From the NCBI GenBank assembly GCA_010093995.1, contig ML992503.1, forward strand, positions 1,169,234 to 1,233,233: a DNA stretch of 64,000 nucleotides, in the 5' to 3' direction. Position 1 is the stretch's first letter. Each line of letters opens with the position of its first letter. Shown here in pieces: positions 57,561 through 64,000 of this stretch. Below the pieces are notes generated by a model. The model saw nothing but the letters and a program-made list of their open reading frames with translations, did no database searches and was not told the DNA's origin. Origin of the DNA: Elsinoe ampelina. Its lineage: Eukaryota. The translations under genes and the position numbers were made by a program.

Positions 57561-59741
57561 CTATACTACCTTCCTGTCTAATACCGTCCTTATCCCCTCC
57601 GCCATTATCTCCAGCATCACCGCATCCTTGGGCCCATCATACTCATAAAAACCCTCCTCCCTCGGCCCATATAACATCAGTGCCACGGGACTACTCTTCA
57701 TCAACCCCACCCACTCTCCCCTCTCCTTGTCCAACCCCGCCCTCAACACCACCGCCACCACAAACCCCACCGTCGCCACCGTCAACGCCGCCGGCAACGC
57801 CATCCACCCCCACCTCACCCGCGCACACGTCCTCACCACCTGCGCCGTCCCCACAGCCGCCCGGTTCGCCGGCTCCGTCACATTCGCCGTCGTCCGCATG
57901 TGCGCCGACAGACTGCCGCTCAGCGCCTGCATATACCTCGTCACGGACTCGAGATCCGCGCGACCCTCGTTCAGAAACGCGGCGAGATGCATCTGATTCC
58001 CCACCGTCTGGTTCTGGGTGCGCATGCTCCCCATGACGCCTTGCTGCGGCGTGTCGGCTCGGCCGGGGACTTTGACGGTGAACATGTTGGCAAGGAATTC
58101 GCGGTATTGGCTGAAGATCATGGGGCCCATTTGTACCGTGCAGGAGGGGGACCAGTATGAGACGTTGAGAGGGGCGAGGTTGTTGGCTATGATGCCGAGG
58201 TCGTGGCTGGTGAGGATGGTGGTGCCGTTGCGGAGACCGATGGTGTTGGTTGCTGTTGGGGAAGGGGTGCCGGTGCAGTTGTGCCAGGTGCCGTCGATGA
58301 GGTGGCGGTCCAGTTTTTCCCAGCTGGAGACGTCGCGGGTTTGGATCTCGGTTTCGATCAGGTTGCCGGACTCGATGTAGGCGTTGTAGGTTTTGAGAGT
58401 TGGCCACATTTTGCAGGTCACGGCCATGGGCTGGACGATGCGTCGGTCTTCGATGGCGTTGTAGCTGCCAACTTGCTTCCAGAACAGTGCGGCAAGTGCG
58501 AACATGGTGTACTTGTCTGCTCGGTAGATATCGGACGTGGGTTGTGTGGGTTCTACTCCTGTCGAGCCTTGGTAAACTTGCATGTTGAGGATCGTGTTAT
58601 AGTCGAGAGTGAGATTCCCAGCGCGGGCATACGGTGGTGCCGAGTGCAGAGAGTAGTTCCAGCTTCGGGTGTTGGACTGATCGGTCGTCAAATTGCTTAT
58701 GAATGAGGTCACGTCCATGCAGGCGTGTGAAATTGTCAGCGTCTGATAGTACCCGTCTGTGGCGTTCCAGGTACAATTGCCGGATCTGCAGACTGGATCT
58801 AGCCGAGCAGGGAGGTGAGCAGATGGTTCAATCATGGCCGAGTAGCTGGCTCGAAGCATTCCATTTAAGATTTCCAGCTGATTACTCCCAGTGCCCAACC
58901 TGTCGCCGTCCATGACCGGTGCAAAGACTTGAACCCTCGGTATGCTGACTGAGGAGTCATTTTGTGGCTGCATGCAAGGTTCGAAGAGGAAAACTTGTTG
59001 AGCAAATGGATCAATGGCGAGAGCTATCAAGGTGATGGTTGCGCCAATTGTGGCTATAGCGCTAGTTGTTGTGAGCATTGGGTAAATCCAAGGTTGCTCA
59101 GTCTGCGTACTCGAGCTTTCCACTGAAGAGGAATAACAGCGATCCCCATGGCCCACGGCTTGCGGAATCATACGTACTCAGATCTGCAAGTGATCGAGGC
59201 CGCAAGAACCATGACCATTTCAGTTGGGAGATTCCTAGCGGTGTGAGCCACATCAGTGCAGGTGATCCTTGAACATACCCTCTGCAACAGCGAATATCAT
59301 GCACCCCTTCATAATGGTCGTTAACACGGCGATGAGGGAGTTCAGCGTGATCAGTGCTGGCCAATCCGGCAACGGCTTGTTTTGACGAGTCCATAGGAGT
59401 ATCACCACTCCTGCCAGCGTGATGGCACTGATGCAGCAGGCGGCGACTTCATATGCCCAGTTGCGGTTCGCCCAGTATCGTGTCCGTTGCCATCGTGTCA
59501 GCGGCTGTGCTTGTTCAACAGGCTGTACTGTTACGTTCGATCGCTGCTTGTCGTTGACCAGACTTCCGTCCCTGGAAGCGGTGCTTTGAATGGGCGAGTG
59601 TGACTGCAAAGGCGTCGACGCATCACTAATGGATAATTCTGTGCTTCGGTCGCGAGGAGGAGCAGGCAGGTCCTTTGAGTTCGGACCGGTGGCAAGTGGA
59701 CTGACGGGGTATGGCGGACTTCGCCCTCGTGAATCAGACAT
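57561..59741 (-). CDS. DUF3176 family membrane protein, ~695 aa; introns 59235-59278, 59062-59110
   Basis: LPDWP.LITLNSLIA, AE|GISQLKWSWF, DLSTYDSASRGPWGSL, AIDPFAQQ, CRSGNCTW, VRWGWMALP and KSSPVAL motifs. Confidence 0.88.
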
Positions 59742-60475
59742 CAGTCGCAGTGAAGGCCAACACGCCCCTGCTTCGCAAAAGTCCAGTAAATCGACCACAT
59801 CGACCAGCGGAGCAATGCATGGGAGAGCCCGGCTTCAAATATGCAGAAAGACCAGGGTGCTCGCTCCTGAGGTTCATTTTGCCCAAGCGCCCAACTACGC
59901 CGCATTGCTGCAGCTGAAAATTTAGAGCGTGCACCAACCGTGGGTTTGAAACGCAAAGCGCTCAGCTGTGCGGCACAGTCGATGATCCTAGGATGTAATA
60001 CTTACCAAGCTAGCCTGCATTTCGATACGAGACCTTGGGAATGACCACGACGAGGTCTTGGACATGGCTTTGAAGATGCCTCTTGATGAACCTGGACTCA
60101 TTGATGTTCTGCATGAGGGCAAGAGACAAAGTAGAGAGAGATTGAGCGGCGTGGTAAGGATCATCAAAGATAGGGTTTCACAAGCCTGATAGATTGGACT
60201 TGGCACTTTCACAGTGGAACCTGTCCAATGCTGCTGAAATGTGGTCCGGTGTTTGATTGGTGGACTGCTGCTATTCACAACAGTCGCCATCTGCTGCAGC
60301 CGCCGATCTGATGCTTCATCACGTGTCGGAGAGGAAAGAAGGTCGCTCGGCCGAAGCCGGAGACGATTTGAGCCGCAATCAATTCACCGCCACGCCGCCT
60401 CGTCCGCAAGCAGTCTTTGATCAAGACCTCACGGAATGCTGACCAAGTCAATGCTGATAATCTCCAAACCACCGG

Positions 60476-63400
60476 ATGACGAAAGATGACTCGGCGACTT
60501 CGAGATGGCGTTTCAAGATAGCCATTGTCTGCGCATTGCCACTCGAGGCCGATGCGGTTCTCAAGATCCTTGATCATGTCGAACGGAACGGCGACACCCA
60601 CGGCAGAGCACATGGCGACACAAACACTTATTCGTTCGGAAGGATTGGTGGACAGGATGTTGTCCTTGTTCACCTGCCAGATATTGGCATGTCCGGTGCA
60701 GCTCGCGCAAGTGCCAACTTGAAGATGAGCTTCCCAGCTGTCGAACTGGCCTTGGTCACAGGTATCTGCGGCGGTATTCCTAGCACCGCCAGTCCTGCCA
60801 CGGAAATTTTCCTCGGCGATCTTGTAACCAGTACCGGACTTGTTCAACATGATTTTGGTCGGCAATACCCGAGTGGCCTCCAAAGGAAGACAGGTGTCGA
60901 AGACGTACTGGGTAAACCAAGTGTGCAATTGCGAGGATTCCTCAGTCGTCTTCGCACAGAGACGCATACCAAGCAATTGGAGCTTGATATTAAGCATATC
61001 ACTGGAATGCACATCTCAATGAGTTCCGGCACTCCGGCTCCTGATATCCTCTACAAGTCAGACTACCTCCACAAACACCGGTATGCAACGAAAGGGTCAT
61101 GTCTATGCTCGGACGGGCTCGACCAGGTCTGTGATGATGCCCTCAACATATCGTGCGATGTCCTAGGCTGTTCTACTGAGGACAGCTGCCAACGTACCCG
61201 ACCTCCTGGCGTCAATGGCACCCCCGTCAGTCCCACCGTGCATTTTGGTCTTGTAGGTAGTGGCAATGTCGTGATGAAGTCAGGTGTGCACCGAGATGCA
61301 ATCGCTAGGAATGGACCGCTCATCGCTCTGGAAATGGAAGCTGCCGGGATCTGGGACACGTTCAACTCCTGTCTCGTTGTGAAAGCTGTCTGTGATTATG
61401 CAGATAGCCATAAGCACAAGAGTTGGCAAAAGTATGCTGCAATGGTCGCTGCGGCAGGTACCAAGTTTATCATTTCCCAGTGGCAGTCTTCCTCCGTTGA
61501 TACTTTGCAGCGTACGTCCGACAGTCTTGCTTGTGCGACGATTAATCGGCTGATATATCCAGTCACCTCGCTGAAAATCGACACCACTCGGACTGAATCG
61601 ATCAACGAGTATTGGTCCATCCCCCGTTCCGTCAATCGTTTGTTCACAGGAAGGACGACTATACTGGACAAATTGGAGCAGGTACTGAAACAACATCTTG
61701 AAGATCCGCAGCCTCGTGAGCCATGCAGCGTCGTAATCACTGGTATGGGAGGACAAGGTAAAAGTGAGCTTTGCCTGAAAATCGCCCACGACCTTCGGGA
61801 GAAGTGAGTTGAGCTTGAGCACGACAGATCGCATGACTGAATTGCATCAGGTTCTGGGGCATCTTCTGGGTCGATGTGAGCAGTGAAGAGCAAGCAAAGT
61901 CAGACTTCATAGCTGTCGCAGACCTCATCGGTCGGTCAGCCACTTCAATCGAGCAGGTCAAGCGCTTTCTGTCCAACGAGAAACGACCTTGGCTCCTGAT
62001 ACTTGATAATGCCGATGACGTCGAGTGGGACTACGAGTGTTACATGCCTTCCGGAACCAACGCTCGGACGATTATCACATCACGCAATGTCGAGTGTGCG
62101 GGTCTGGCTTCACAGAACGGGCATCTGCCTCTGGATGGTCTCGGTGTTGAGGATGCGGAAGAGCTTTTGTATCGGGCTACAAAGCTACCTTCTCAACTCA
62201 GACAGCAACATCAGTCGGATGTTAATGGCATCTGCAAAGTGCTTGGATATCATGCACTCGCAATCAACCAGGCCGGCGCCTTCATTGCCAAAGGTCTGTG
62301 CAGGATCGCTGAGTACGCCGGGCTCTTCGAGAAGCAGCGTTCGCGACTCTTGAAATATCATCCCACCCAGGGACGTTCGAGGTATGGCAATGTCTACTCT
62401 ACTTTCGAAGTCGCGGCCAAGGTGCTGGAGACCACTAAGACTACAGAGGCTGAGGACGCCTTGCTGTTATTGTCACTCCTTACTGTTTACAACTGGATTG
62501 ATCTGCCTCTCGATATGTTCAAGGCAGCACGCCAGAGCCAGCTCAGCAGGGTTGACTGTGACGATTGGCAGGGTGTCGACAACGAGTCCACCAGCGATTA
62601 CATGGATGTACTGCATCTTCCTGAAGCTCGATCGCTCGACATGTTCGACGAAGAAGCTGATACGGAAAGTCCTGACGGCCTCCGTCTACAGCTTGCAGTG
62701 AGCCTACTGGAATCGTTTGCGCTGATCACGAGAACGTTGGTCAATGAACGTGCTTGTATAAGCATGCATCCCCTGGTCCATGCCTGGGCTCAAAGCCGCC
62801 TGCCATCAAGTGAGCATCTCCAACGATGGAAACGAGGTGCTACTGTTCTGGCTCTAGCAGCGAGAGCAGATCTCTGGGAAGGAGACCTTCGGCTGCTCCA
62901 GCCTCACATCCTATACCTCGCAGACCGCGAGATCCTCATCAAAGTGCCCCCTGATCAGGTCAATGAAACCATGGTTGTTTTTGCACACCTAGTGAATCTA
63001 TTAGATATTCTCAGGAATGATCGGCTTTGTATTGAATTGCTGGAAGCTATGTTCGACAAACTGGACCTCTCGATCACAGATCCGACTACCACTTGGTGGC
63101 CGCTGTACCGACTCTATGCTATATCACTCCGCCGGAACGGCCTGTATAGGTTTTCTGCTGACGTCTTGGCAGCTGTCATTAGAACGCGGACAACAGGATC
63201 AGACATGGTCCCAACCAGTGCTATGCTCAACTTGAGACTGGAGTATTGCAGGTCGCTTTCCTGGGATGGAAACTACAAAGAGGCGTTGCAGCAGCTGCAG
63301 CTGTTGTACACCCTCTGCCGTGATTATGCTGGACCAGACAGTGCAGACCTCCTTAGTGTTGAGCACGAGCTTGGTAGCGCATTTAGAAGGTGCGGATATC

Positions 63401-64000
63401 CACTACCGGCTATTCCGACACTGGCGCACGCTTTGGCAATTCGACAAGGAACATTGGGACCGACTAATGCGACCACTCTAGCGACGCAGTTTGAGTTAGC
63501 ACTCGCCTATCTGAAAGCTGCACAATACAGCAATGCTGTTCCTCATCTTGAGCAAATTGTTGCGGTGCAGACGCAGACTCTAAGAGAGGATCACCCACAT
63601 CGTATTGGCTCTCAATATCGCCTTGCTGACGCTTATGTACGAATACAGCAATATGACTCTGCCATCAAGCTGTTTCAAGACATTCTACGAGTCGACGATA
63701 CTATGAACTACGATACCGGCCACCGCATTCGTCACTCGCTCGCAAATGTCCATGCTGCTGCTGGACAAGTGGATGCAGCAATCGCTGCCCTCGAGCATAT
63801 CGTTCGAGACTCTTCGAGCAGGCAGGCGGTATCACTAACGCTCCGGAATCAGCTTGGCCGCCTGTACATGGAGTCTTCGAGACCAGAGAAGACCATAGAG
63901 ATCCTGTCGCCCGTCGCGAAAGAGCATTCCTTGGTATCAGACAGACCTACCGAGGCTCAGCTCGCCGCACGACACACGCTAGCATATGCGTACATTTCCA
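60476..64000 (+). CDS. NLR-like protein: PNP_UDP - NB-ARC - TPR, runs off the window end; intron 61804-61850
   Basis: IAIVCALPLE, VTGICGG, EMEAAG, KAVCDYAD; FTGR, Walker A GMGGQGKS, K|FWGIFWVD, Walker B WLLILDNADD, IITSRN, LAINQAG, MHPLVHAW; then kinesin-light-chain-type TPRs (DHPHRIGSQYRLADAY). The frame appears open to the window end. Confidence 0.93.

Overview
Eukaryotic DNA from a filamentous ascomycete (Pezizomycotina). Evidence: short GT-AG introns (mostly ~45-70 nt) with CTRAC-type branch points and typical fungal gene families. No prokaryotic operons, CRISPR arrays, rRNA, tRNA or intact transposons were recognised. I reconstructed about 21 protein-coding genes by hand, and every complete spliced model has a length divisible by three. 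The left two-thirds is mostly housekeeping: acyl-CoA thioesterase, DUF1275 membrane protein, Clg1/mug80-like cyclin, mitochondrial uL15m, ceramide synthase, DCN1, MVP1, AA9 LPMO, PalH/RIM21, alpha/beta hydrolase, PPPDE-thioredoxin-PUL protein, GDA1, MFS transporter and UreD. The right third looks accessory and holds the two best candidates for an undescribed system. (1) A divergently transcribed pair at 40087-46976: a 430-aa protein of unknown function faces a 1281-aa fusion of a large uncharacterised domain, a small cytochrome-c-like module and an intact type-3 copper tyrosinase. The ORF track fragments both genes. (2) Two head-to-head NLR-like genes (PNP-NACHT-ANK-SPRY and PNP-NB-ARC-TPR) flanking a DUF3176 membrane gene. 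Other notable signals are an intron-encoded alternative basic N-terminus in DCN1, uORFs on the cyclin and palH, and about 11 recurrent C-rich to G-rich skew flips independent of gene orientation. Family assignments rest on motif recognition from memory; no searches were run.
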